From assembly GCA_030704615.1 (NCBI GenBank), contig CM060731.1:50034001-50098000 (forward strand): 64,000 nucleotides of DNA. The letters run 5' to 3'. The position numbers and the translations under genes are program-made. The notes under the pieces were generated by a model that saw only the letters and a program-made list of their open reading frames with translations, did no database searches and was not told where the DNA came from. Below are positions 35,735 through 47,100 of the stretch, piece by piece; position 1 is the stretch's first letter; every line of letters starts with the position of its first letter. This DNA is from Takakia lepidozioides. Its lineage: Eukaryota; Plantae; Bryophyta.

Positions 35735-36903
35735 CTAAGTAGGTAGGCATGAACTTACTGGGGAAGGAGAGGTTGTTGAAGGGCCAGGTGTTCCCTGCGG
35801 TTGGGTTGAAGGCCCTGTTGGGGGTGCTGGAGGACTTGCTGCTGGGGTGAGTGAGGGAGTTGGGACAGCAGCTGCTGGAGCTATGGCTGGGGATACTGTG
35901 GGTGTTGGGACAGAGGGTGCAGGGACAGCAGCTGCAGGCACTGGGGCAGAAACAGTTGGAGGTGGAACAGGAACTATTGTAGGGGTTAAAGCCACAGGCG
36001 GGGAGGCAAGTGGGGACCCAACTGGGGAAGGTGAGATAGCAATAGGGGAAGGAGCACTGGGCACGGAAGGTCCAGGTGCAAATGTAGGGGAGGGAGCAAT
36101 GGCAATTGGGGATGCTGGAGCAATGGATTTCGGAGAGGTGGGAGAAATAGAGACTGGAGACGTGGGAGCAATTGGAGCTGGGAGTGCTGGTGCAGATTTA
36201 GGAGCACTGGCCGTGCTTGCTAACACATTGATGGCCAATTTCTGGCCAACATCACAATGTGTACCCGTACCCTCAGTTCCCTTGTTGCAGGCAAAATAGA
36301 AGGAGCCTGGTTTGGTTGCCCTCCACTGCAAGTCCAGTGGCAGTTGTTAGCAGATGCCAAGGCCTAGAAATCAAGAACTAAAACTGCTAACAAATAGAGT
36401 TGCTATGGCGTTTTGGCAAGCACAAAGATAAAAAAATTCCCAGATTACTTGAACTCATGTCTGGGTTGATCTTTACCGCATAGGAGCCAGCATTTCCAGC
36501 ATCAAGTTCAGTAGCTTGTGAAAAATCACAAATATCAAGCGCAGCCTTCGTGGGCAGTGAATAGATATTGTGGAATCCTGGCAGATATGTAAAGACTGCA
36601 ACAACGACAATGTAACATTAGTGATGCTCAGCTTTCTGAACCTCAACAATCAAGTGAATCCAACCAGGAGATGAAAACAGTCACTTCACATTTCTCACCT
36701 AAGATGTCACCGGTGATGATGCGCTGTGCAGAAGACCATGCTGCATAATTGGGAGCTGCAAGAGTTGAAGGATCAAAAGCAGACCATCCAGATACGCCAC
36801 CAACATCGATTGTTTTAGCATGTATTTGTTGAGTGAATAAGATGAGTGCTAGGCATAATCCAACTCTGATAGAACATCTTCGTTGAGAGAACAAGGCAGC
36901 CAT
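35735..36903 (-). CDS. Stellacyanin-type phytocyanin with Pro/Ala/Ser/Thr-rich (AGP-like) tail
   Basis: Exons 36903-36699, 36595-36477, 36325-35759 (donor GTAAGT, or read-through to stop at 35735). Signal peptide, VGGVSGW, NYAAWS, TGDILVFTY. Cu ligands H (FHNI), C (YFAC), H (THC), Q (GQKL). AP/SP/TP repeats. The terminal exon is unresolved. Confidence 0.88.
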
Positions 36904-37310
36904 GAGAGACCTGTGAACACACACCAGTTGTTAGCATTTGAAGTCATGGTGTGGATATCATGAAATCTTCCAATTTGTGAGACCAACTCAGCGTTTAATA
37001 CTTGCCACCGGAGCAGCTTCAGTCAGTGTGAAAGACAAATGAGTTACACTAAAACTGCTATAGATGCGAGTGAGGTGGGTGACGTGATGGTAGTCATTCA
37101 ACTCGCAGACAAACGAATCGATACTGCTACCTCACGCAGGGGTTAAGTTCATAGTGTCGTTCATATTAACATTGCGAACGATTAACGGTCATTGCAACCA
37201 ATGTGAAAGCCTCGTCTTGGGGAAGACGCTTAGACATTCCCAAACCTGACTTCAGCTGCTTTTCATTCAAAACTGCTATAAGCATAATTTAGTGCACTCT
37301 TCTGGAAACA

Positions 37311-37898
37311 TCACTGGGCAGATCGCTTTCGCGGAAACATTCGCCGGGAGCTACCAAAAGAGCTCCGAGTCACCTGATTGTAACATGGCATAAGAAAGTC
37401 TTCCACAGCTTGCCCTTCTATCACACCAGCCGGGTCGTCAGCTGCTGAGCACGTGAGCAAGGGACATCAGGCAGCTTGCTTACCGTTAAGCTATTGTCAG
37501 CAATAAAACAAATCCCTGTTGAAAGTCATTTTTCACAGCAGACCGTGTGTAGATGGACAAAGGATGCAGACTGAAGGGTAGATCATACACTGCAAGCATT
37601 GACGAGTTAATGGACGAAGTACCCATTTCCGTAAATCAGTGAAGGCATGTAGCCTCAGTGTCTGAAAATGTAGTTTCCAAAATGAGGCTTTATCATTCAA
37701 GCACAACAGAAATCTTTGGAGATCGGAAACACTGGAAGCGGCAGGACTATGTACAAGCAAACCATGCTGGAAGCTCTCCACTTTCGACTTGTTCAACATG
37801 CACATCCTCACGTAAACTTGACCAAGGAGGGACCCGCATCTGGGTAAGGAGCCTACGGACCTTAACGAGCTTCCCGAAGAAGCGAACCCCGAAGACAT
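37311..37898 (-). CDS. Hypothetical 76-aa spliced small ORF
   Basis: Phase-consistent exons 37898-37763, 37515-37484, 37373-37311 (MSSGFASSGSSLRSVGSLPRCG...KRSAQ*). A non-coding leader exon ends at a GTGAG donor near 38178. No homology recognised. Confidence 0.2.
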
Positions 37899-38429
37899 GG
37901 CCTCCCAACAGAACCCAGCTGTTCGTTGATACGAACCGCCTGTAAATACAAAGTCCCAGCAAAACAATCACCTGCTCACAGAGAAGTCGGGATTTTGGTG
38001 ATGGTCTCAACCTCCGCTAAACTTCTCAACCAACTTCACAGTATCAAGAAACACTCGAAAGAGAACTTTAATGCACAGCTATGAACTCTGGCTGCTCCAC
38101 GAAAGACTCCACATAACAATGCAGCAACGAAGACAAAAAGGAAACACCCCCCAAGCACTCTAAGCACTCAAAGCTCACCTTCACAGGATCGTAGCGCGCA
38201 ATGTGGATCCTTGCTCGCTGTCTCTTCTTCCTCTCTCTCTCTCTCCTCCGCACGTCTTCTTCTTTGCCACCTTTCTTCCTCACTGCGCAAACCTCACACG
38301 ATCCATCCATCCATCCATTCATCACCACATTCATCCACGAAACCGTCCTTCCATGCAACAGGTCAGTTTTCGAAATTTGAATCCCAGCGAGGAAGGGAGA
38401 GCAGCATCCCTCTCTCCCTCCCTCCCTCC

Positions 38430-38459
38430 GAGTTTTGCTGAGTTTTGCTGAGTTTTGCT
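38430..38459 (+). repeat. 10-bp tandem repeat (GAGTTTTGCT)x3
   Basis: Direct reading of the sequence. Confidence 0.9.
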
Positions 38460-40235
38460 TGATTGATGTGAGATTGTGTCAGAAGCCCTCTGTCATGGCT
38501 GACAGGATATGGCAACCGACAAGCAGAGGTACATGAAGATAGTACCTAAAAACTCTCCCAGAAAAGGAGGTGAGGAAGAAGAGGAGCCGTAATAAGCGAA
38601 AGGTAGGGAACGCAATGTTGTTGAATGGTCACGAGAGAGTGAGTGGATCTGTGGACGGCCATCGTCAATCAATGCGGTGGAGCCTCACTGTTTGCATCAT
38701 GTCAGTCACCCGCACCCAAGTTCCAACTGGGATTCGAGGTCTACTGGGCTACAGTGATGATCGCAGGTAGCCTATTCATAGGAAGTATTAAGTAACAGGT
38801 CGGAAATTGGGAAATCTGCAAATTTGACAGCCTTGCCTCTTTGTATGTGTGGGTAGGAGTCATCAGGAAGATGTGGAAGCTGGTCACAAATCTTTACGGA
38901 TGCGCACCTGTTCATTGAGGACAGGCCATGTCCACCTGCGCAATCATATCCTTACAACACAGTGCTAGTCACTCACTCAGTCTGTTCGCTCAGGTATACC
39001 TAGTATGTACCCCACAAAGCTACACGTGACATTTCAGGCGTGTACAGGGGAAGGTGAGCATGTTTGATCTGCAGGGCTATATAAGTCCGACTGATGTAAG
39101 TTGTAAATTTGCTAGGTCTAATTAATGCCTGGCTGCATCTGCAGGGACTTATATTAGGAATGGCCTACCCAGGCTGCCAAGAAGCTGGCTGGCAAGCTTG
39201 CCATGGAAGGACACCGATTGACCATTTTAGGACCAGATCTCCACGGAGTACCTACCTGGCAAAGATGAGATCATGTTCTCATGGGAATTCAGACACTTAC
39301 TTAGAACATGATGCAGATTCTCACGGGGGAGTTCCTTGGAAAACAACACAAGTCACCTATGGTTGGTCCAATGTTGATTGTCAATTGGCTGGCATCAAAG
39401 TGATATGAAGGTCAGAGAACCTGATGTAGGTAGACTCGCATGCTGGATACTAAGGATGGTGGTCCATAGGATCATGGCAAAACAGGAAGAACAAGTTGGT
39501 GACAAAAGGATTGTCATCTACCTATCCAACAGCGTTTTCCACTTTGAATCATCTCTCTCATGTTTATTAGTCCAGCTTGCGACGCAAGCCTGGTCCTTTG
39601 ACCGCTAAAAGTGCAGTGCATGCAGACTTGTCCCTTGTACTTGCACTAATCTTGCCTTCACAATCAAAACCCACTGCCCAGTGTCAGAAATGAGTTCTTC
39701 AGTCGAGTCAGCTTTTTATCACACGTCTCAGAGAGAAAAAAACTCCAGACCCATGATATTCATTCAGGCTAATTGTAGGCTGCCTGCCATTAAAAAAAAA
39801 GGTGCACTCTGGACCTAAGGAACCACAACTTACGTTCCCACATGGATTCCTTTGTGACACAGTTGGGTTGGTTTGACAGGCCACCCACAGGAAACGTAGG
39901 TACCTCCTTGTGAGAGTAAGCATGGGGAGGCTACTTAAACTGGGGTTTCCCTATAGATCAAGGTTGATGGTGAAAGTGTCACATCCTGGAAGGATCTCAT
40001 CAGAGTGGGTTATCAGGGATAGGTTTTCTCGATTGATAGTCCCTAGTTTGTTAGCAAGTTTGCTTTTAATTGCTTCATTAGGGTTTGGCGTGTGCCCACA
40101 ATTGATCAATTGTTTCCCTACCTCCTATTCTGGAATGTAAGCCCTCTTTTTCCCCAAAACATATGCATCAACTCTACGGATCTTATCCACACCGAGGAAA
40201 ATGAAGGTATGACTGCCTCTCATTTTTGCATAATT

Positions 40236-41179
40236 GGGAGTTTCAGGCTCACGTATGAGCCAGGCAACGGCCCCATGCACAAATGTGGGGTCTGCTCAGG
40301 GTCTACTGACAGGTCAGGTCGCTTCTTCTCGCTGACAAGTCAGGTCTGCTCACGGGTCAGAATGGTCTGCTGACTGGTTAGGTCGCGTCTTCTTGCTCAC
40401 GAGTCATGTCACAGGTCAGGTCTGCTCGTGGGTCTGAATGGTCTGCTCGTCAAGCAGCGGCCCCATGCACAAATGTGGGGTCTGCTCAGGGTCTACTGAC
40501 AGGTCAGGTCACTTCTTCTCGCTGACAAGTCAGGTCTGCTCGCGGGTCAAAATGGTCTGCTGACAGGTCAGGTCGCGTCTTCTTGCTCACAAGTCATGTC
40601 TGCTCGCGGGTCTGAATGGTCTGCTGACAGATCAGGTTGCGTCTTCTCGCTCACAGGTCAGGTCTGCTAGTGGATTTGAATTGTCTGCTCGAGCGGCGGC
40701 CCGCCCGTAGGTAAGTCTGCTCATGGATTTGAATGGTCTGCTCGAGCGGCAGCCCGCCTGCGGGACGTAGGATTTTTTTGGGGGAAAAACTCGCCCATCA
40801 AAAAGAGGGTGATTAATACACATGCAACACCAGCCAGAACCATCATTAACACACCAATGGGCACAATTAAACCCGAAACTCAATGCAGGAGTTGAACCCA
40901 CAACTTCATAGGGACCACTCAGTGCACCCAACCACCACACTACCCGCTGCTAGCTACTACCCCAACCTTTTTTTTGATCTCTTAACCAGAAAACAGCGGC
41001 AGTCCGCCCCAATGCCACATAGCGATAGACCATACCTCGGGGCAGACCCACCCGCTACCCGTGCTGAGTCTTGCGGCAGACCATACCCGGCGGCAGACCC
41101 ACATGCGCCCGGTCATGGGTCATGGCTGGGCCACCCAGGAGGGCCCGACGCCTGGCTCAAGCGTGAGCCTTAAACTCCC
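40236..41179. mobile_element. Non-autonomous TIR DNA transposon (944 bp), possibly Sola-type, with internal satellite
   Basis: 30-bp TIRs GGGAGTTTCAGGCTCACGTATGAGCCAGGC (40236-40265) and 41150-41179, 27/30 identical. Flanked by AATT at 40232-40235 and 41180-41183. Contains a ~190-bp tandem duplication (40264/40454) and many GGTCTGC motifs on the left, inverted (GCAGACC) on the right. Confidence 0.85.
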
Positions 41180-41851
41180 AATTATTCAACAATGAGAAGA
41201 TGCTTCAACCATCTCAAGAGATTGTGAGATCTACCAGGCAATAGCCAAAGCAATAACATTTGAGGAGACTACACAATTTCCCTGTGGCTCCCCTTTCACT
41301 ATGAAAAGAGGTTCAAGACACTAATCATTGCAGAACAGCCTCAGTGAATCATCTTTGATGGTATGTATATCTGCTATTGACATTCTAAACTCCTGAAATA
41401 TGACATTTGTACCTACGCACTGTTGACACCTGAGCACTACAGCATTTAGGACTAAGCCTTCCTCTCCATTGAATTTTAGTTTGGACCCACTAAACACATT
41501 GGTGTAACATGGGGACCTGTTAACTCTGCCCATGTGATTGCACACATACTCAAAAACGCTAGGAACTGCTGCACCCATATCTGGGTCCTGCCTCTTGGTC
41601 CTGCCTCTTTTGCATTCCATACTTGTCAAAAACAACTGTGAGGTTGAAAGAGCAACTATCATATTGATATAGTTCCCTTGAGAGCTTAAATTCTTTCATG
41701 AACACGGTTGTGGTCCGGGCTCTTGCAAAAACGGAAGCTAAATGCATCCAACTCCAATCTTTGTTGAACCTTCCCAAAAGTCTCGCTTGATGGCTCAATT
41801 ACCCTCAAAACACTTGGTGGTATGTATGGAGCCACTTGTTTGAAGGGTGCC

Positions 41852-42801
41852 TCATCTACCAATAAGACTAGCCTTACCATCCTTGCGAACAGCTTGGGCC
41901 AGGTTGAGCTCCCACAGCTCACACCTGATTGGCATTTCCACTTCATAGAACGGGTTCTTCAAAACATAGTCCGTATAGAGCTCGTAAATGTTTTTCAACA
42001 AAGAATCCATTCCAGGAGTCCCAGGCTCGGTAGCCACGAATATCTTCGTGCCTGCACACCAAGAAAACTCATGAGGACGAACAGCTTCCCTGCTTGACTC
42101 GGTAGTAATCTCTTCAAGTATTCATTTTCAGAAGGAAACGGTATGACAAGATGATGCAAAAAATTCATAAACTCTTCCAACGTCTTATACATTGATACAT
42201 CCCTTCGCAGCGTCTCCATGCCTCCGTTGGAAGTTTACCTGCAGCACGGGGGTTCGATAAGTAGAGTTGAAATCTGCAAAGCCTTCCGTGATAGTAATTG
42301 TAACCCCTAGATCCCTAGAGCACACCTGTGAGTGATTGAAAGCAGTGTAGGTCAAAGGTGTCGGCCTCTAAAAGCTCGATGCCAGTGCAGCCACCCACTG
42401 GGGAGAGTTGCATGGAGATTGCATGCATAGAGTGCCAGAGACTTGCAAGTCGCAAGCTATCGTTGGTGTCCAGGCGTCCTTGAGTTCCATAATCCTGCCA
42501 ACCATACATTACGTAAGAGATCTACCGAAAACCAGCTGTGTTCTACAACTTATATCTAAGTTGCCCCGCCCCCCGACTTCGAAAAGAGATTCTCTCTCCT
42601 TTTAATAAGCAACCCAACAGAGTCCAGAAAACCCATGATGGCAAGAGCCTCGCTCCAGGAAGTCATGCTCGAGTCAACCCCTTCCCCTACCTTGTGCTCA
42701 CTGCAGATCACTGCAGATGCCATGCTTGAGAGTCATACCTTGTAGAAGATGAGGCCCCCCGACTTGTTGATCACAAACAGATTGTAGACAGTGGCAGCCA
42801 T
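41852..42801 (-). CDS. TRAPPC4: Trafficking protein particle complex subunit 4 (TRS23/synbindin), 143 aa
   Basis: Exons 42801-42739, 42494-42326, 42051-41852. Motifs [74 protein letters not shown]. Confidence 0.96.
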
Positions 42802-42959
42802 CCTCACAGACTGATCCTTCGCTTCCCTCACCGGAAAAACCCACAACAGTTTCTGGAACAGTTCCCAAGAATCGCTCGGGACCTGTCTTGGGACCTCAAA
42901 CGATGCCTCACACCTGGACTTTTTCAGCTTTTCTTCAAAAGAAAGAAACAAGAGCCCAG

Positions 42960-43650
42960 GGTTGCCTCCCTGGAATCAATAGTTGAGCATGGTTGTTGGA
43001 GGAAGGCCTGCCTGCAACCATTTGAAGGGAGGCTTGAAGCCGAACGGTTTTAGCTTTGTCTGTGTTCACTATGCATTTAGCCATATTGTTTGGTGGAGTG
43101 AAGACAGACACTGCTATAAGTAATCCACCTGATCATGGCCTTACTCCTGCAGTGGAGCACTGTGATTGCATGATAGACATTCTTGGTGGCAGAGGACTTC
43201 ATTAACAGAATGCCCAATTAAGGGGATGCTAATTCAGGGAAATGTGGAGGTAGTAGAACCTGGCGGCAGGAAAATCTATTTGCATTTGGGATCCACGTGA
43301 CGCCCCAACTTATGTGTTGCTGTCAAACATCTTTGCAGCAGTTGGCAGGAGGGATGATACAGCAAAAGTGAGGAAGATGATGAAGATCAGAGGTGTGAGG
43401 TCGCACCGGAGCCAGGTCAACGAGGTTGGCAACAGGGTGCACATCTTTGATGTAGATGACAAATTGCGGTGAGGGAATCCATGGTGCTGCTGGGCAAATG
43501 CAGTGCCTGACAGGATGCAGGAGCCAAAGCAATTTCCCCTTTGCCGGCATAGTCAGAAAGTGGCCACTTCTGGGATGCCTCTCCATGTCATGACTGATTT
43601 CCCAGCAGAAATGTGTGACTGTGGTTCCTGACGACTGTCTTCAAATGGCT
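42960..43650 (+). pseudogene. PLS-class PPR protein pseudogene (terminal PLS motifs, E/E+, DYW remnant)
   Basis: Fragments GLKPNGFSFVCV..AFSH, DHGLTPAVEHCDCMIDILG, AEDFINRMP, GNVEV, DPRDAPTYVLLSNIFAAVGRRDDTAKVRKMMKIRGVR..EVGNRVHIF and KQFPLCRHSQKVA..GMPLHV..CDC occur in the canonical order, with deletions, frameshifts and stops. Confidence 0.85.
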
Positions 43651-44101
43651 TACCTTGTCCACATGAGATTTTCAGACCAGTCATCTGAAGGGCCATCAGT
43701 GACAAATCGGTCATCTTGGCAACTTGGGGAACCTCACCATCATAAAGTGAAAACAAATTGCAATAACAAATACCTTGAAGCTTGCTATCTCCACCCACCC
43801 TTTCAAACCACCGGATTGAGTCGTCCCTAATAACAAAAGGCTGGTACCACAACACCCTTGAAACCATCTGCCATTCAATGACGACTTCATTATTGATGTC
43901 CTTCTCTTCATCTAGTAAGAAAAGGGGCCTGAATTATGCCAATCCCAGGGCATTAATCAATCATAGTGCTCAAGAGCCGAGTAAAATTCTTAACAGTTGC
44001 GGCAACGAAAGACTGCCGTTGATACTATACACTCAACTCAACCAGACATTCTAGTGACTGGCTGATAAAAATTTAGAGCTGCAACTGCACTTAAAGAATG
44101 C

Positions 44102-47100
44102 CTAACTCTCATCGTCATCCTCAAAAAGTGAGCCTCTTCCAAACAGCCGAGTGGAGGGACTACCCTCCTTGGTCCTAGATTCTTTCTGGGCTGATGGAAG
44201 GTGCTTCACAGTGAAGCCCTTCAGAAAACTCTCACTTCCAGCACTGTCGAACAGAGAAGCAGATTTTCCTTGATTGTTGAATAGAGAGCTTGTCTGGGCC
44301 CGACCTCCCAGGGGACCAAACAATGCGTCTTCCCCATCATCGTCCTCATCCCCAAAAAGAAGAGAGGACACTGATTTGGTTGTTGACCCGGAATGTCTAT
44401 TTGAAGCTTCTGCACTGAAGAGTGAACCTGTCTCTTGGGCTTCTCCAGCTTTGATATGCAGTAAAGAGGCTAGCATTTCCTTTTTCCCTGTATTTTCACT
44501 CTGGTCCATCTCCATCTTTTTGGATACCCTTGGCATGGACGAGTCCCTCTCATCCTCATGGATTACTTCAGTTGCACTTGCAGGCTGTAAATGGACATTG
44601 GTCCTTGCTGTGGTTTCAGCTCGAAATTCTGTGCTGCTGCTCCATGCACCATGAGATCTGCTCGATGAAGGGCTCAAATTGGAAAGCCAGTCAGGTCTGC
44701 TTGTTTTTCCCACACCTACTTTTTCCGCAACAAGAGCTTGAGTAGGTCGAGGTAAGAACAAGTCCTCTTCACTATCATCGTCATCCTCAAAAAGAGACTT
44801 AAACTTCTGGACAGAGATTTGTCGTACACCCTCCCCTGTCCCAAAAGACCACGTTATGATTGCCTGAGCATTTAATCAAAACAGGAAATTTTACAACAGA
44901 GTTCAGACATTCATTTTTATGTTTACACACAGGATGGCCACAGCAGCAACTTGTTTTGTGGGCTCCAATCAAAGAGATACAAGATCCTCGAATACACTTT
45001 AGAGTACTTCGAGATTAAGGAGGCTTGAGCACCTGCACTGAAGCCCTTATTTGTCTCGGCTCCACCTTGAAGGGGACTTCTTTCTGTTGAAATGAAACTG
45101 GTTCCTCTCCGAGATCCTGAATTTGAAAAGACGTTCTATGAGATTCATGGCCAGAAGTTTCTTACGGAACAAATGCATCACCTTGGACCTCCCTCTTCAA
45201 AGAATGCTCATATTAGTGGAAGGCAGCCATGAGAGAGAGATACAGCCTGGGGAACCATTTGCCACCAACCTTGATCACTGCTCGCCATGTTTGGACCACT
45301 GCTATGTGCGGATTGCAATGAACGACCACTATCAGCACTTGAAAAACGGACAGTCTCAGTTATGAGTAGAGGAACAGGAGCTATAAGATCAAGCCTTGCG
45401 GATGTTGTGGGTGCCGTGCTTGTCCTGCAGTTCAAGCCCATACACCAATTGTTGAGCTACAAGAAGCCGCAGCGCATTTAGGCATAGATAGAAAGTCTAC
45501 AACACAAAGGATTTTTTATTTTTAAACTTGGCATCAAAGGTGCTATATTAGGATTTATTTGAGTTGCTTAAGAGCTACTACAGACAGACCTTGTGTCGCC
45601 AGCAAGAAAGCCCTGTGTGTTTATGCTGGGAGGCGAATACACCTCTGATACAGTGTCTGCCACAGGCACTTGAGAGTGGAGCTCTGCATCCCTTAGAGAA
45701 CTCCCAGAACTTCCAGAATGGTCAAACTGATGGTGAGAGTCCATAACCACGCCATCTGCAGATGCTCGTGATACACTCACCTGCACATACGGTCATGGAC
45801 AAATTGTATACACAGTACGTTCCACACCAAAGGTGAAGGTTGACTTGCATTTGTGGCAACCTTCAAATGATGTGAAGTCATAAAGAATGGAAGTAAATAC
45901 AATGGTACCGGTCTGCGCAGTGTATCAGAACCGATGAACCAAAGTCTCAATGTGGACAAGGCTGCAATGAACTTAATATCCTTGTCGTTGTGTCAACCAA
46001 GTCTTTGTTTTTTGCACACACAACATACAGTAAGTCTGATTACCAACTCCAATCTGAAGGATTTCTTCCAACATGACCACCTGCAATACAAAACACACTA
46101 TGAAGCTTGCTTAAAAATTAATCCAGATCAACCTGTCTCTCTTTCTTAAAGGTTCTTTCATTCTCTTTTCTTTCCTTTTCAAACCCATGAACCCCATTTC
46201 TCTAGAAGAATGCTCACCTGTTCTTTTCCTTCATCTGTGATACTTCCTCTTTCTTTCCGGTTATGCTCCTCGCTGCCTGAACTTGACCATGAGATTGAAT
46301 CATCATCTTCGGAGTCTGACACAGCTGGTCGCCTATTGGAAGTCACTACAGCAGCCAGTATTTTGGCAGTGTTTCCATTTACTCCATCTGCTCCTTGAGT
46401 CTCCTCTGTCACCTCCATGACAGCAACAACAGATCCTCTAATCACCTGCAGTGAAGAGGCTGAGTTGACAGTCCGTGCCGGATCTATCCCTTGGCTGGTT
46501 AAAGACTGTTCAATGCCTCCCAAGGGACTATGAATCTCACTGGCAAAGTCCTGTCGGGGGTCTTCAGAAGGAGTTTCCCTTTCTCCCTCATTATGAAAAT
46601 TATCCTCCTCCATGGTTTCAATGCCTGCAACAGGATCTCCAATCCTATTGGCTGAAGATCGCACATTGCTCCGTGGTTGCAGAGCTTTGTTGCTAGCTGC
46701 CTGAGAGACTGCAGCTGTTGGTCCCAACAGAATTTCTTTCTCTACTGGTGCAAGACTTGCATGATTGGATGCCTGGCGAAGTGTACCAGCCACTTCTGAA
46801 TTCTCGTCTTGTTGCAATCTTCCAAATTCTGAATTTCCTGCAAATGACAATGTTGGGCGTTCATGACTATCCAGAACTCTGGAGAGTAAGGGGTGCAGTT
46901 GCGGAGCGGTTGCATGGTTCTCACTTCCTGCTATCATTGCGGATGAAGAAAATTGCTGACTTGCTAGCCCAGAAAATGTGCCTCTGAAGTCAGCGGCCTC
47001 CTGTGATCTTGAGGAGGCTTCAGGGCCTGACAGACGTGGATCAGCTCTGAAATAGCCAATAACATTCTTGGCATTCCCAACAAGAGTTTCTGAGGCAGTA

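Noticed and set aside
35847-36299. 150-aa Gly/Ala/Thr-rich ORF on + strand
   Set aside because: Antisense shadow of the Pro-rich phytocyanin exon.
38770-40200. Short ORFs 39109-39408, 39378-39608, 39910-40140
   Set aside because: No recognisable motifs or consistent exon structure.
40264-40770. Repeat array resembling a CRISPR or coding repeat
   Set aside because: No unique spacers or cas genes; the context is eukaryotic. It is the internal satellite of the TIR element.
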